64,000 bases of DNA from Synechococcus sp. (GCA_047284725.1 JBJBEO010000001.1:1976203-2040202), one strand, 5' to 3'; shown: positions 30,658 through 44,290, counted from the stretch's first letter. Notes: generated by a model not told the origin, from the sequence alone. Translations and numbers: made by a program.

Positions 30658-31539
30658 ATGCTCGGCACAGAAACCAGCCTGAAAGCCCTCACTTCAGCCA
30701 CCAGAACAGGGCCCGCGTCATTCTCCACATCAAGCAAAGCTGGCAAAAACACCGTTCCTCGCACCGTTGCAGGCGCCATTGCTGAGTACAAGCGTCAGCA
30801 TTGTGCTGCGATGGGGATTGGTATTGGACCAAGGCTGCACTCTGAGTGCCCCTTCGGAGTCACCTTTGATCAATACAGCCCAGAGAGCACAGCAGCACTG
30901 GAACGTGTGATTGTTGCTGCTTACCGTCAAGTGCTCGGCAACCTCCCTCCAACAGACAACCAGCGTGAAACTTCTCTGGAAGTTCGCCTGATGAATGGCG
31001 AGATCACAGTCCGTGATTTCGTGAATGGGTTAGCAAAGTCTGACTTCTACAAAGCCAACTTCTTCCATGCTGTTGGTGCTCAGCGTGGAATCGAACTGAA
31101 CTACAAGCATGTGCTCGGCCGAGCTCCTTTAAATCAGGCTGAAGTTCAGGCAAGCATTAAGCTGCAAGCCGAGGAAGGCTTTGATGCTCTGATTGACAGC
31201 TTGACTGATTCAGCTGAATACACAGAAGTTTTTGGCTCTGACATCGTTCCTTACGACCGCAGTCAAGATTCCTACGCAGGTATGTTTACACGTACCTTCA
31301 ACCTGATGCGTGAATTGGGTGGCACGAAGGTTGCCGTCAGTGATAATGCACAGGGCCGTAACAGCCGTACGGTGAATCCCTTGGCCATTGCAGCTCGCGA
31401 GAGTGCAAAGCCAATGCCATTCTCTTATACAGCAGTTTCTCGCACTCCGGTCAAACTGCCTCAGCAACAGTACACTGGCCACCAGACACCGAAGATGACT
31501 GACTACGTCGCCTTCCGTCCGTTCGGAGTTCACTTCTGA
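30658..31539 (+). CDS. mpeC: PE-II chromophorylated linker MpeC
   Basis: MLGTETSLKAL; Cys49 in CAAMGIGIGPRLHSECPF; linker domain; downstream of mpeA. Confidence 0.92.
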   Translation: MLGTETSLKALTSATRTGPASFSTSSKAGKNTVPRTVAGAIAEYKRQHCAAMGIGIGPRLHSECPFGVTFDQYSPESTAALERVIVAAYRQVLGNLPPTDNQRETSLEVRLMNGEITVRDFVNGLAKSDFYKANFFHAVGAQRGIELNYKHVLGRAPLNQAEVQASIKLQAEEGFDALIDSLTDSAEYTEVFGSDIVPYDRSQDSYAGMFTRTFNLMRELGGTKVAVSDNAQGRNSRTVNPLAIAARESAKPMPFSYTAVSRTPVKLPQQQYTGHQTPKMTDYVAFRPFGVHF

Positions 31540-31571
31540 TTTGACAGAAGTCGAATAACTGCTCAAAGTTC

Positions 31572-31606
31572 AGCCTCCTCTGACTACGGTCTGAGGAGGC
31601 TTTTTT
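31572..31606 (+). terminator. Rho-independent terminator of mpeC
   Basis: AGCCTCCTC...GAGGAGGCT stem followed by a T run. Confidence 0.85.
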
Positions 31607-31683
31607 AATTTCTCAAATCAAACAGATAAACTGCTAAATTCAATCAGAATCAGCTAGAGTCTCTCAACAAATTAGAGTTAATA

Positions 31684-32580
31684 ATGACCGAGCTTTCTGG
31701 AAACGCTCCAACGCTTGAGGTTGGGGAACTAACTGAAGATGAGGCCTACCAGCTGGCGGAAGCGTTGAAACTTCAACTTACAAACCAGCAACTACCCAGC
31801 TCAGATGAGGCATCGATCAAAAAAATGGTGGCCGGATTGGGTGACCAGCGTGGAGCCCTCAGGCTCACATTTGCGCAAAGTCTGGGCTCAGTAGGCGAAG
31901 CAGCGATCCCAATTTTGTGCGTGGCCTTGAAATCAAATCCCAATGTTGTCATCAGACGAGCATCTGCCAAAACACTCAATATCATCGGAAGTGAATTAGC
32001 ACTACCGAATCTTATAGAAGCATTTGAAACTGACAATGATCCGGTCGTTCAGGGCTCATCCGCTGGAGCCATGGCCACAATTGGAATACCAGCAATCGAA
32101 TCTCTACTAAAAATACTTTCAAATGAAAAATGCACAGCTTTTCAAGTCGGATTGATCAATTTAGCCCTAAGCTTTATCGGAGCCAAAGCACCAGATGCAT
32201 TTACGACAGCCGCAAAATCAGAGAATCCGGAAATCAGGATTGCGGCCCTCACAGCATTATCCGAACAAGTCCATTCCGGTGCCAACAAAACCGCAAAAAA
32301 TATTTTACTGGAAGCATTAAAAGATGAAGAATCTGAAGTAAGAGCAGAAGCAGCTACCATCACCGGCAAAGCATTAGAGCCAGAGGAAGCAGAAGCTGAC
32401 TTAATTGCTCTGCTTACAGACAGCTCACCTCAAGTAAGAAAGAATACTGCTCTTGCTCTGATGAAAATGGAATCAATTAATTCAATTAAGCACTTAGCCG
32501 CCTCGATTGAGAATGAAACCGACACTCAGGTCAAAGCGGTCATGAAAGTAGCGAAAGACCAACTCAAGGAAAGCAGATAA
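31684..32580 (+). CDS. mpeU: E/F-type lyase(-isomerase) MpeU
   Basis: HEAT repeats, MVAGLGDQRGALRLTFAQSLG; position after mpeC. Confidence 0.85.
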   Translation: MTELSGNAPTLEVGELTEDEAYQLAEALKLQLTNQQLPSSDEASIKKMVAGLGDQRGALRLTFAQSLGSVGEAAIPILCVALKSNPNVVIRRASAKTLNIIGSELALPNLIEAFETDNDPVVQGSSAGAMATIGIPAIESLLKILSNEKCTAFQVGLINLALSFIGAKAPDAFTTAAKSENPEIRIAALTALSEQVHSGANKTAKNILLEALKDEESEVRAEAATITGKALEPEEAEADLIALLTDSSPQVRKNTALALMKMESINSIKHLAASIENETDTQVKAVMKVAKDQLKESR

Positions 32581-32585
32581 AAGAT

Positions 32586-33215
32586 TTAAACGAGATTCAG
32601 GCTTTCTCGACGAGCCAAACTGGCTTGGGCAACTTCACGAATCAAACTATCCTTACTTTCATCCGTTGCAAGGCGCTCCAAGCAAGCGGTGACCAAAGGA
32701 GAATCAAGCTCGGCTAAGGCCATGGCAGCTCCTTGGACATGGGCAATATTGTCTCTTTCGCACGCTTTGATTAAAAGAGGAATAACACATTCCTTTTCAG
32801 AATCCTGCTTCGAAAGATGGCCCAGGGTCATCAATGCTGACTGTGCGACAACTGGGTTGGGGTCGTCAAGAGCGTTATCTAAAACATCAATCGCCTCAGA
32901 TGGGAAGGCTAGTTCCGGGAAATATACAGAGACTTGAACCAAAGCCTTAATACAACAAGCCTTGACAGTGCCATTATCTGTCTCGTGAAAAAGATCTAGC
33001 AATCTTGGAAGAGATTGAGATCCCAACATTCCAAGCCCCTTAACAGCAGTGCGATAAATTGCAGGGTCGGGATCATGAAGTAAAGAAATAAGCTCAGGCA
33101 TTGCCTGCTCTGAGTAGTACTCAGCCATGAGACTGCAAGCAGTTTGCCTAATATTTGGATTCGGATGAGCAAGATCAGCAAGAAGTTGCTCAAACGATTG
33201 AGTCGGAGAAGACAT
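32586..33215 (-). CDS. cpeZ: Bilin biosynthesis chaperone-like protein CpeZ
   Basis: DLAHPNPNIR N-terminal motif, HEAT repeats, downstream of cpeY. Confidence 0.88.
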   Translation of the reverse strand: MSSPTQSFEQLLADLAHPNPNIRQTACSLMAEYYSEQAMPELISLLHDPDPAIYRTAVKGLGMLGSQSLPRLLDLFHETDNGTVKACCIKALVQVSVYFPELAFPSEAIDVLDNALDDPNPVVAQSALMTLGHLSKQDSEKECVIPLLIKACERDNIAHVQGAAMALAELDSPLVTACLERLATDESKDSLIREVAQASLARRESLNLV

Positions 33216-33303
33216 ATAAAAGTTCAACCAATTTCAAACTTATTTTAGCACCTAGGTGCCATGGAATGGGCATCCGAGCAGGCCAAGCAAAATTATGACT
33301 CGA

Positions 33304-34623
33304 TTAACAAATAGTGGAGAGAGCTATTGCAGCTCTAGCGCGGACAAAGGCGTCAGCATCGTCGTGAGCCTCGACAAGCAAAGTTTGGATCTGATCAACT
33401 CCCGAGAAGGAACACTTCTCCATACAGATAACGGTCGAGTAACGACAGTCCCAGGAGGAAGGAATTGAGCCACGTATCAGCTGTGAACCGAGTTCGAAAA
33501 ATAATTTGGGCTTCAACTGATGAAGTGCTTGAATCGCAGCAGCTCGACTCTTTTGAAACTGAGGTCTCTGATTTAAGACAGCTTGATGCAAGAGATTAAC
33601 CATCCAGTCAAGATCAGGAACATTCCAGTCATCTCGTAAACCAAAGAGACGCATAAAAAAGTAGTGCGCTCCATAATCATTATGCGCTTCTCTCTCCCAG
33701 AACTGTTGGAGGACAGGAAACAAAGCTTCAGGAGAACAGTTCAATAAATTTTGCATGGCCAAATAACACCGACTAAAGTCAGTGCTAAATAGTTGCCTGA
33801 CAAGGAACTCGATGCCTGGACTCTCCTCATACTTATGAATAATGTTAATCGCAAAAGGATCATCCCTTAAGATTGAATCAATTATCTCCAGAGCCTTTAC
33901 ATTCTTAGAGGAGCTATTTGGACTTGAAAGGATCTCATGACAGGCACGCATGCGGAAGGCTGGTGAAACAGGAGCACTTGCAATAGCGGGAAGTAGCTCA
34001 ACAGCGCCCACATCGATAAGATCCTGAATGGCACATTGCCGATCCATTTGATTTGGGAGAGTCAAATGATCTTTAATCCGATGCAAATTAGATTTATCTT
34101 GTGTAAAATTCGAAACTGCAGCAATTGCGGCACCACGAACTCCAGGTTGATCAGATGCTTCCAGCAGTTGAATCAATTCAAAACTCTGCTCGATCGCAAG
34201 CTTGGCAAGTGCTTGAATCAACACTCTCTGATTTTGAGACTCATCTTTGAGCAAGTGAATCATCCGCTGAATCAAATGCTGGTCGTTGCAGCCCAATTGA
34301 TGCAGTGCCCAAACAGAGTTTTCAACGAGATAAATATCATCTGACCAGAGGCATTGACCAATGCTAGGAATTGAAGACTTAGAGCCAAGTCTTGCCAGGA
34401 CCTCAACTCCTTTTCTTTTGGCGATTTTGACAGCCTGATGATCAAGAGGACTGAGAAGTAGTGATTGCAATGCATCCTCAGTCGCTAAGCCTGGACAATT
34501 GACCAACTGGGCAGCAGCCATATAAAAGTCACTTTGTGACTCCAATTCATCAATCGGGAGTGAAAGGATATGACGCGCATGGTCACATGTCAGCCCTGGA
34601 TGAATGTTATCAAAACGGCCCAA
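33304..34623 (-). CDS. cpeY: E/F-type PEB lyase CpeY
   Basis: RFDNIHPGL, SDFYMAAAQL, PNQMDRQCAIQD, HNDYGAHYFF; TTG start. Confidence 0.9.
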   Translation of the reverse strand: MGRFDNIHPGLTCDHARHILSLPIDELESQSDFYMAAAQLVNCPGLATEDALQSLLLSPLDHQAVKIAKRKGVEVLARLGSKSSIPSIGQCLWSDDIYLVENSVWALHQLGCNDQHLIQRMIHLLKDESQNQRVLIQALAKLAIEQSFELIQLLEASDQPGVRGAAIAAVSNFTQDKSNLHRIKDHLTLPNQMDRQCAIQDLIDVGAVELLPAIASAPVSPAFRMRACHEILSSPNSSSKNVKALEIIDSILRDDPFAINIIHKYEESPGIEFLVRQLFSTDFSRCYLAMQNLLNCSPEALFPVLQQFWEREAHNDYGAHYFFMRLFGLRDDWNVPDLDWMVNLLHQAVLNQRPQFQKSRAAAIQALHQLKPKLFFELGSQLIRGSIPSSWDCRYSTVICMEKCSFSGVDQIQTLLVEAHDDADAFVRARAAIALSTIC

Positions 34624-34768
34624 AATTACCTTAAACTATTGATTCGATTAAAAGCTTAAGCGACAAAGGGGAAAGATACTTAACAAAAGTCAACTCAATT
34701 AACAAATACGGTTCTTTCGGGTGCGGTGAGAATGGTATAAGATCTCTGAAGTCGTGCCAAGTAGAAAG

Positions 34769-35206
34769 ATGGGTCCATTTTCAAAGCCTCGCTTTAAGGT
34801 GCAAGTCAATGCACTTAATCGTTCAAGGCCGGGAATATCATCTCACTTCAGCCTCCCATTGAACGCTCTTTGCAGAGGCATGCAAGTAATGCATAGAACT
34901 GGATATGTCATTACTGACGTGAAACCAGTTGCATCAGATCAGAAGCTTGAACTATCAGCTTCCAACGATGCAGGGACTGCTTTGGAAGCTGGAAAGACAC
35001 TAATTGGCAAATCATCTGGTAAAAACAAAGAGAGCTCCAACGAGAAAAAGCCTAGCCAGGGTCAAAGCCCGAAATCATCTGATTCAACGGATGAGGGAAC
35101 AACCCCAAAAGGTGGCAATGCACTAATCAATAAACTGACCAGAAAAGACAAAGAGAACTCAAGCAAGCAAAAGCCTTCACAACGCAAGCGACAACGCAAA
35201 AAATGA
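34769..35206 (+). CDS. Hypothetical protein: CpcD-like N-terminal domain plus Lys/Ser-rich disordered tail
   Basis: RFKVQV...FSLPLNALCRGMQVMHRTGYVITDVKPV aligns by eye with the CpeC and MpeD C-termini in this window. Confidence 0.7.
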   Translation: MGPFSKPRFKVQVNALNRSRPGISSHFSLPLNALCRGMQVMHRTGYVITDVKPVASDQKLELSASNDAGTALEAGKTLIGKSSGKNKESSNEKKPSQGQSPKSSDSTDEGTTPKGGNALINKLTRKDKENSSKQKPSQRKRQRKK

Positions 35207-35228
35207 ATATCAAATACTAAGCTTCTCC

Positions 35229-35654
35229 TTAAGCGTAAATCTCAAAAACAGCATCTACCTGTCTGGCAGACTTCAGAGCATCCCAATTGATGCTCTGAAG
35301 AAATATATCTTTATCGGCACACTCAACAAAATCGACTCCCCAATATCCAATCTGAAGAGGAGAATTAGGCAGAGCAGCGCTATCCTTGCGGCCTCCCAAC
35401 GCCAAGAACGTGTGATCAACAGAGTGGCCTTCACTCAATCTGAAAGTCTTCCAAGCTCTTAAGAGCTCGGTAGCCATATCGTTAGCTGACAAATCGGATT
35501 CAAGCTTCACCAGCCAATGTGGATGCTCCAAAGGATCTGAAGAAGTAAATTCTGTGGAGCTACGCATGAGTCCCTTAGCCAAATCATTGGCAGTAATAGC
35601 AGGAGCAAGAGGGGAGCTGATCTGGAGGTTATGAGAGAGCACGAAGACTGTCAT
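35229..35654 (-). CDS. Conserved PE-region protein (DUF2656-like)
   Basis: FVLSHNLQ, HPHWLV, ALGGRKDS...SPLQ..WGVD..E motifs. Confidence 0.8.
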   Translation of the reverse strand: MTVFVLSHNLQISSPLAPAITANDLAKGLMRSSTEFTSSDPLEHPHWLVKLESDLSANDMATELLRAWKTFRLSEGHSVDHTFLALGGRKDSAALPNSPLQIGYWGVDFVECADKDIFLQSINWDALKSARQVDAVFEIYA

Positions 35655-35683
35655 TGCCAGGGGTTAGGTCAGTGATAAGTTGA

Positions 35684-36622
35684 ATGAGGAAATTAAGAGT
35701 GGTTCTTAGACCACCGGTGCATTTGGAGAAGACTACTAAATCTAGTCAATCAGAAATTCAGCTGAGCGAGGATGAAGCCCTAGCTTTGGCTTCGCATCTC
35801 AAAGAGAAACTACAAGCAGGTCTTTCAGTCGAGTCGGATCCTAATTCTATCGCCACGATGATAGCCGGGTTAGGCGATCCTCGTGGCCTTTTACGTCTTC
35901 GTTTTGCTGACAGCCTTGGGGCTGTAGGAAAAGCAGCCGTTCCAGCTCTTTGTGAAGCAATGAGAAAAAGTGAACAGGTCACTGTAAGAAGAGCTGCAGC
36001 AAAAACATTAACGCTGATCGCAGATCCTGCGGCACTTCCAAGCCTTCTGGATGCGTTGTTCTCCGACCCTGATTCGGTTGTTCAGGGTTCTGCCATGGGC
36101 GCAATGGCTGTGATTGGGCCAGAGGCCGTCGAAGCCATCCTTTCAATTTTGGATAATGATGAGAGCTCTGAAATGCAAATTGGCCTAGCGAGCTGGGGCC
36201 TGGCTTTCATCGGGGATCGTGCACCAGAAGCACTGCGTAAAGCGGCCTGCTCAGAGAAGCCTGTTGTTCGAAAAGCAGCTATTTCAGCTCTTGGCAGCCA
36301 GATTCAATCTCTAGACGACAAACAAGCCAGGGATTTATTAACTCATGCGCTACACGATTCAGATTCAGAAATCCGAGCCGAAGCCGTAACACTATTGGGA
36401 AAATTGGAAGATTCTGAATGGGCAGAACCTCTTCTCAAGCCTGCCCTATACGACAGCGATAGCTGGGTAAGAAAAAACAGCGCTCTCTCTTTAATGAAAC
36501 TCGGAGCAACATCATCCATTCCAATTTTAAAGGAGAGAATCGATGAGGAAAACGATCAAATCGTCAAGAATGTGCTCATTCTTGCTATCCGACAATTACA
36601 GAATGCTGAAGAAGAAAGCTAG
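35684..36622 (+). CDS. mpeV: E/F-type lyase of the MpeV/CpeF family
   Basis: [25 protein letters not shown] repeats, convergent with cpeA; mpeV versus cpeF not resolved; start may lie slightly downstream. Confidence 0.7.
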   Translation: MRKLRVVLRPPVHLEKTTKSSQSEIQLSEDEALALASHLKEKLQAGLSVESDPNSIATMIAGLGDPRGLLRLRFADSLGAVGKAAVPALCEAMRKSEQVTVRRAAAKTLTLIADPAALPSLLDALFSDPDSVVQGSAMGAMAVIGPEAVEAILSILDNDESSEMQIGLASWGLAFIGDRAPEALRKAACSEKPVVRKAAISALGSQIQSLDDKQARDLLTHALHDSDSEIRAEAVTLLGKLEDSEWAEPLLKPALYDSDSWVRKNSALSLMKLGATSSIPILKERIDEENDQIVKNVLILAIRQLQNAEEES

Positions 36623-36633
36623 TTTTAGACATT

Positions 36634-36666
36634 AAAAAATGGGGGGTGCCAAAGCACCCCCCATTT
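36634..36666 (-). terminator. Rho-independent (probably bidirectional) terminator of cpeBA
   Basis: AAAAAATGGGGGGTGC-CAAA-GCACCCCCCATTT. Confidence 0.9.
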
Positions 36667-36686
36667 AGGAAATTTTAGGACCGTGC

Positions 36687-37220
<534 letters not shown>

Positions 37221-37233
37221 TCAGAACGACCGA

Positions 37234-37851
<618 letters not shown>

Positions 37852-38171
37852 CTAATGAAGGGGAGGAGTTGTACCGACGAACATTGACCCCAATGGGGTG
37901 AAGCGCTTTGACAAGCTAACCAGGGTCTGCCAAGCCGTGGCCTGGGATCTGATGATCACGCAAGAGTTCGTCACCTTTCAGCCTCAGATCACTCGGATCA
38001 AGACAAAACTGAAGCCCTAACCAGTGCCGAAGCTGGGCACCGCAAAGGGGATACAACACCAAGAGATCAATCCAGACTCACGACATCCAAGTCACCAATC
38101 ACAACGCGAGAGCCTGGCCCATGACAACCAGTAGTAAGGTGCAACGATGATTTTCTGGGCCTATCACCAGG

Positions 38172-38401
38172 ATGACAGAGCAAACTGACCAGGCACCAAC
38201 CGTTCAAGAACTGCAGGAGTCTATAGACGAATTATCTGCTTATCGTGAGCGACTCTACAATGATGTAATTGGACTCGGCAAAAAACTACGACTTTCACAG
38301 AAAAAGATCGATGCAACCATAAACGAACATCCAGAACTCACCAGAATAGACGAAGTTCTAGGCCAGCTCAAACAACAAAGGGACTTCCAAGTCAAAAACC
38401 A

Positions 38402-38405
<4 letters not shown>
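38172..38405 (+). CDS. Small conserved helical hypothetical protein
   Basis: 77-aa ORF whose stop overlaps the cpeU start (ATGA). Confidence 0.75.
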
Positions 38406-40501
<2,096 letters not shown>

Positions 40502-40679
40502 GCAACCGAATCGCCAACTTCCTTGTTGCTGCAAGGGAGTTAAGCATTATGAACAGCTTTCGGAGGGCATTCGGGTTGTTGGTTCAGAATCGCGAGCGAC
40601 GGGATGAAGGCAATAGCCTTTTTCCATCTCATCTCAGTCTGAGATCCCTCCTCCAGACGTAGTTCACAGGACAACAACC

Positions 40680-41198
40680 ATGTTCGACGCCTTCACCAAG
40701 GTTGTCGCCCAGGCCGATGCCCGGGGACAATTCATCAGCACCAGCGAGATCGATGGCCTCGCTGCCATGGTTTCCGACAGCAACAAGCGTCTGGATGCTG
40801 TTAATCGCATCTCCAGCAACGCTTCCACCATCGTGGCTTCGGCAGCTCGCAGTCTCTTCGCTCAGCAGCCCGCGCTGATCGCCCCCGGCGGCAACGCTTA
40901 CACCTCCCGCCGTATGGCTGCCTGCCTGCGCGACATGGAGATCATCCTTCGCTACGTCACCTACTCAGCCTTCACAGGTGATGCTTCCGTGATGGAAGAC
41001 CGCTGCCTGAATGGACTGCGGGAGACCTACCTGGCCCTGGGCACCCCCGGTGCTTCAGTAGCCGCTGGCGTGAACCTGATGAAGGAAACCGCCCTGGCCA
41101 TCATCAACGACAAGGCTGGCATCACCTCTGGTGATTGCGCCTCCCTGAGCAGCGAGATCGGCACCTACTTCGACCGCGCCGCCTCCTCCGTCGCCTGA
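40680..41198 (+). CDS. rpcB: R-phycocyanin beta subunit
   Basis: [22 protein letters not shown] and GDCAS. Confidence 0.97.
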   Translation: MFDAFTKVVAQADARGQFISTSEIDGLAAMVSDSNKRLDAVNRISSNASTIVASAARSLFAQQPALIAPGGNAYTSRRMAACLRDMEIILRYVTYSAFTGDASVMEDRCLNGLRETYLALGTPGASVAAGVNLMKETALAIINDKAGITSGDCASLSSEIGTYFDRAASSVA

Positions 41199-41239
41199 TC
41201 GGCGCCTGGATTCGACGTCATTAATCCTCTCTCAGATTC

Positions 41240-41728
41240 ATGAAAACCCCCCTCACCGAAGCTGTTGCAGCAGCTGATTCTCAGGGCCGTTTCCTGAGCA
41301 ACACCGAAGTTCAGGCTGCATCCGGTCGCTTCAACCGTGCCAAGGCCAGCCTCGAGGCAGCCAAAGCACTGACCAGCAAGGCTGATTCCCTGGTGAATAG
41401 CGCAGCTCAGGCCGTTTACGCCAAGTTCCCCTACACCACCCAGATGGAGGGGTCCAACTACTCCGCCACTGCGGAAGGTAAAGCTAAGTGCTCCCGTGAC
41501 GTTGGTTATTACCTGCGCATGATCACCTACTGCCTGGTGGCAGGTGGCACCGGCCCCATGGATGACTACCTGATCGCCGGTCTCGACGAGATCAACCGCA
41601 CCTTCGAGCTCTCCCCCTCCTGGTATGTGGAAGCTCTGAAGCACATCAAGTCCAACCACGGCCTCACCGGCGACGCAGCCACCGAAGCCAACAGCTACAT
41701 CGATTACGCCATTAACGCCCTGATCTGA
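41240..41728 (+). CDS. rpcA: R-phycocyanin alpha subunit
   Basis: [27 protein letters not shown]. Confidence 0.97.
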   Translation: MKTPLTEAVAAADSQGRFLSNTEVQAASGRFNRAKASLEAAKALTSKADSLVNSAAQAVYAKFPYTTQMEGSNYSATAEGKAKCSRDVGYYLRMITYCLVAGGTGPMDDYLIAGLDEINRTFELSPSWYVEALKHIKSNHGLTGDAATEANSYIDYAINALI

Positions 41729-41749
41729 TCAGAGCTAAGGCCGTTGCTC

Positions 41750-41775
41750 AGCCCTCCTTGTAGGAGGGCTTTTTT
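41750..41775 (+). terminator. Rho-independent terminator of rpcBA
   Basis: AGCCCTCCT-TGT-AGGAGGGCT followed by a T run. Confidence 0.85.
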
Positions 41776-41809
41776 ATTGTTTGCCTCCGGGCCTGATTCG
41801 AGTCGTGCA

Positions 41810-42400
41810 ATGAACCCTGGTGTCCGGCGTTTTCTCACTCAGCTGTGCGGTGAGTACAGCAATCAGCAGCAGGCGTTCGACAATCCACCGTTGTACGCGC
41901 ACATCTTCCTGCGCTACCGCCCTCTCGATCACCTCGAACCGGGATCGATCCTGCTGGAGCAGACCTATGCCGTGGCCCCCAAGAATCCCTACCGGCTGCG
42001 CATGATCAGAGCGGAAGAGCAGTCCAGCGGCGTGATCAAACTGTGGAACCACACCTTTCGAGACCCTGCACGATTTGCCAACGCGACGTTTGATCAGCAA
42101 CGGCGTCGCGACATTCGTCACGACGACTTGATCTGCCTCGATCAATGCCATTACCAGGTGATGGAACAATCAGACGGTTATCACGGAGCAATGGAACCCG
42201 GCTGCAGGTGCATCGTGCAACGGAATGGCAAAGACACCGTGCTGGTGAGCAGCTTTCACTTGGAGGGGGACTCCCTCTCAACCCTCGATCGCGGCCATGA
42301 CCCGGAAACGAATGAGCGATGCTGGGGCTCGGTAGCAGGACCGTTCCGGTTCAAGCGAACCCAAAGCTGGACGGCCGAAATGGCATCGGCCTGGGTGTGA
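41810..42400 (+). CDS. rpcT: T-type phycocyanin lyase RpcT
   Basis: YSNQQQAFDNPPLYAHI, LDRGHDP..WGS..GPFRF. Confidence 0.88.
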   Translation: MNPGVRRFLTQLCGEYSNQQQAFDNPPLYAHIFLRYRPLDHLEPGSILLEQTYAVAPKNPYRLRMIRAEEQSSGVIKLWNHTFRDPARFANATFDQQRRRDIRHDDLICLDQCHYQVMEQSDGYHGAMEPGCRCIVQRNGKDTVLVSSFHLEGDSLSTLDRGHDPETNERCWGSVAGPFRFKRTQSWTAEMASAWV

Positions 42401-43176
42401 TGGAACCGCTGAGTGAAACGCAGGTGATCAAGAACCTCCGCCAGACGGAGGACCCTTCGGCGCAGTACTACGCCGCCTGGTGGCTCGGGAAGATGCGCAG
42501 CCAGCACCCTGATGCCATCCCTCTTCTGCTCAGAACTCTTGAGGAGCTGGGCTGCATACCGGTCGATCCAGAACGACGCGGTGTTGCACTCAATGCGATT
42601 CGAGCTCTTGGGCTTCTCAGGGATGCGAGATCTGAACATCCTCTGCTTGCACTGCTTGATTCAGACGATTACGCCGTGCGGGAGGAAGTGGTCCGAACGC
42701 TTGGTGCCATAGGCAGCCACGATGCTGTTGTGGGCATCCGCGCTTTGTTGGCCAGTGGATTGGAGGGTGCAGGAGCTGAGCAGCCCTCATCTCCATTACT
42801 CAACCAACCGTGTGAAGCACTGCTAGAAGCTCTTGGTGACATTGGTGATGGCAGCAGCAGCAACCTCGCTGTCATTCAGCCGTTTGCAGAGCATCCTCGG
42901 CCTTTGATTCGTTCAGCCGCCTATCGAGCACTGCTACAGCTCACAGAACTTGATCACTGGGGGGAAGAGTTGAAAAAGCTGCTGAAGCATCCCGAACCCC
43001 TGGTGCGGCGTGGCGCACTGCTCGATCTCGGCGCCACCGGCTGGATCGCCGCCGTTCCCTCGATCCGCTCGGCTGCGGTGGAACCCAGCCTCAAGCTGGT
43101 TGCACTCCGTGGACTGGCGGAACACAACAACGACGATCCAGATGACGTCCTGGATGCGATGGATGGGCTGCTCTGA
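42400..43176 (+). CDS. rpcE: Phycocyanin alpha-84 lyase subunit E
   Basis: QYYAAWWLGK motif, HEAT repeats, MDGLL C-terminus. Confidence 0.88.
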   Translation: MEPLSETQVIKNLRQTEDPSAQYYAAWWLGKMRSQHPDAIPLLLRTLEELGCIPVDPERRGVALNAIRALGLLRDARSEHPLLALLDSDDYAVREEVVRTLGAIGSHDAVVGIRALLASGLEGAGAEQPSSPLLNQPCEALLEALGDIGDGSSSNLAVIQPFAEHPRPLIRSAAYRALLQLTELDHWGEELKKLLKHPEPLVRRGALLDLGATGWIAAVPSIRSAAVEPSLKLVALRGLAEHNNDDPDDVLDAMDGLL

Positions 43177-43808
43177 TGACGACCACAGCCTTTGACCAGG
43201 CGCTTCTGACGCTCGACGGTGCCACCAGCACACCTGAACTGGTGCGAGCAACGCAAGCCCTCTGTGCATTGAACGACCTTGAAGCCGCCAGGCCGCTGAT
43301 CAAGGTGCTGGGATTCAACAACCCAGCGGTGGCAGCCGTCGCAACGCAGGGCTTGATTGAATTGGGAAGGGATATCGTTCCCACCCTTCTGGTCAGCCTG
43401 GACGACCGCAATTACGGTGCCCGGGCCTGGGTGGTGAAGGTGCTTGCCGCCTTACGGGATCCACGGGGCCTCGAGCTTCTCGAGCGTGCACTCCACGCAG
43501 ATATTGCACCGAGCGTGCGGCGCTCAGCAACCCGCGGCCTGGCGGACTTGGAGCTGACCAACGGCATCGAGGGCGATCAGCTTGAGCGATGCTTCCAGGG
43601 CTTGTTCAAAGCTGGACGAGACGATGAATGGGTGGTGCGGTATGCAGCTGCCTACGGACTCGAGCAGCGCTTGCGCGACGCGACTGTGTCCAAGCAGCTC
43701 GCAGATCAGGGCCGTGCTGCCTTGAAGCGGCTCGCCTCTGATGCAGAGGGTGTCAGGGTGGTGCGGATGAGGGCCGTACAGGCCCTTGAGCGCATCAACG
43801 TGTCATGA
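43176..43808 (+). CDS. rpcF: Phycocyanin alpha-84 lyase subunit F
   Basis: LGFNNPAVA, NYGARAW, DIAPSVRR, DDEWVVRYAA. Confidence 0.88.
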   Translation: MTTTAFDQALLTLDGATSTPELVRATQALCALNDLEAARPLIKVLGFNNPAVAAVATQGLIELGRDIVPTLLVSLDDRNYGARAWVVKVLAALRDPRGLELLERALHADIAPSVRRSATRGLADLELTNGIEGDQLERCFQGLFKAGRDDEWVVRYAAAYGLEQRLRDATVSKQLADQGRAALKRLASDAEGVRVVRMRAVQALERINVS

Positions 43809-44290
43809 CGCAAAAACTTCTGTTCGTCTGCCTTGGCAACATCTGTCGCTCCCCTGCCGCCGAGGGGGTGTTTCTGCATCTAATCGAGGCGCAGGGCCTG
43901 TCGGATCACTTCGTGGTTGATTCTGCAGGGACCGGCAGCTGGCATGTGGGCAACAAAGCCGACGCCCGCATGCGCACTGCTGCCGAACGTCGTGGCATTC
44001 ACCTCCCAAGCCGGGCCAGGCAGATCGAATTGGATGACTTCAGTCGCTTCGATCTGGTGCTGACCATGGACAGCGACAACCTGCGCAACGTGCGCAGCCT
44101 TGCCAAGGAGGCAGGAAACAACTCCACCGCCACCATCCGGCCGATGCTCAGCTACGCCCGCGCAACCGGGCTGGAGGATGTCCCGGATCCCTATTACGGC
44201 GGGGAGCAGGGTTTTGAGCACGTGCTCGACCTGCTGGAGGATGCCTGCTCCGGGCTGATCGAGGAGATCAAGCCCCAGATCTGTCGTTAG
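43805..44290 (+). CDS. ptpA: Low molecular weight protein-tyrosine phosphatase; right border of the PBS region
   Basis: VCLGNICRSPAAE P-loop and VPDPYYG. Confidence 0.95.
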   Translation: MTQKLLFVCLGNICRSPAAEGVFLHLIEAQGLSDHFVVDSAGTGSWHVGNKADARMRTAAERRGIHLPSRARQIELDDFSRFDLVLTMDSDNLRNVRSLAKEAGNNSTATIRPMLSYARATGLEDVPDPYYGGEQGFEHVLDLLEDACSGLIEEIKPQICR

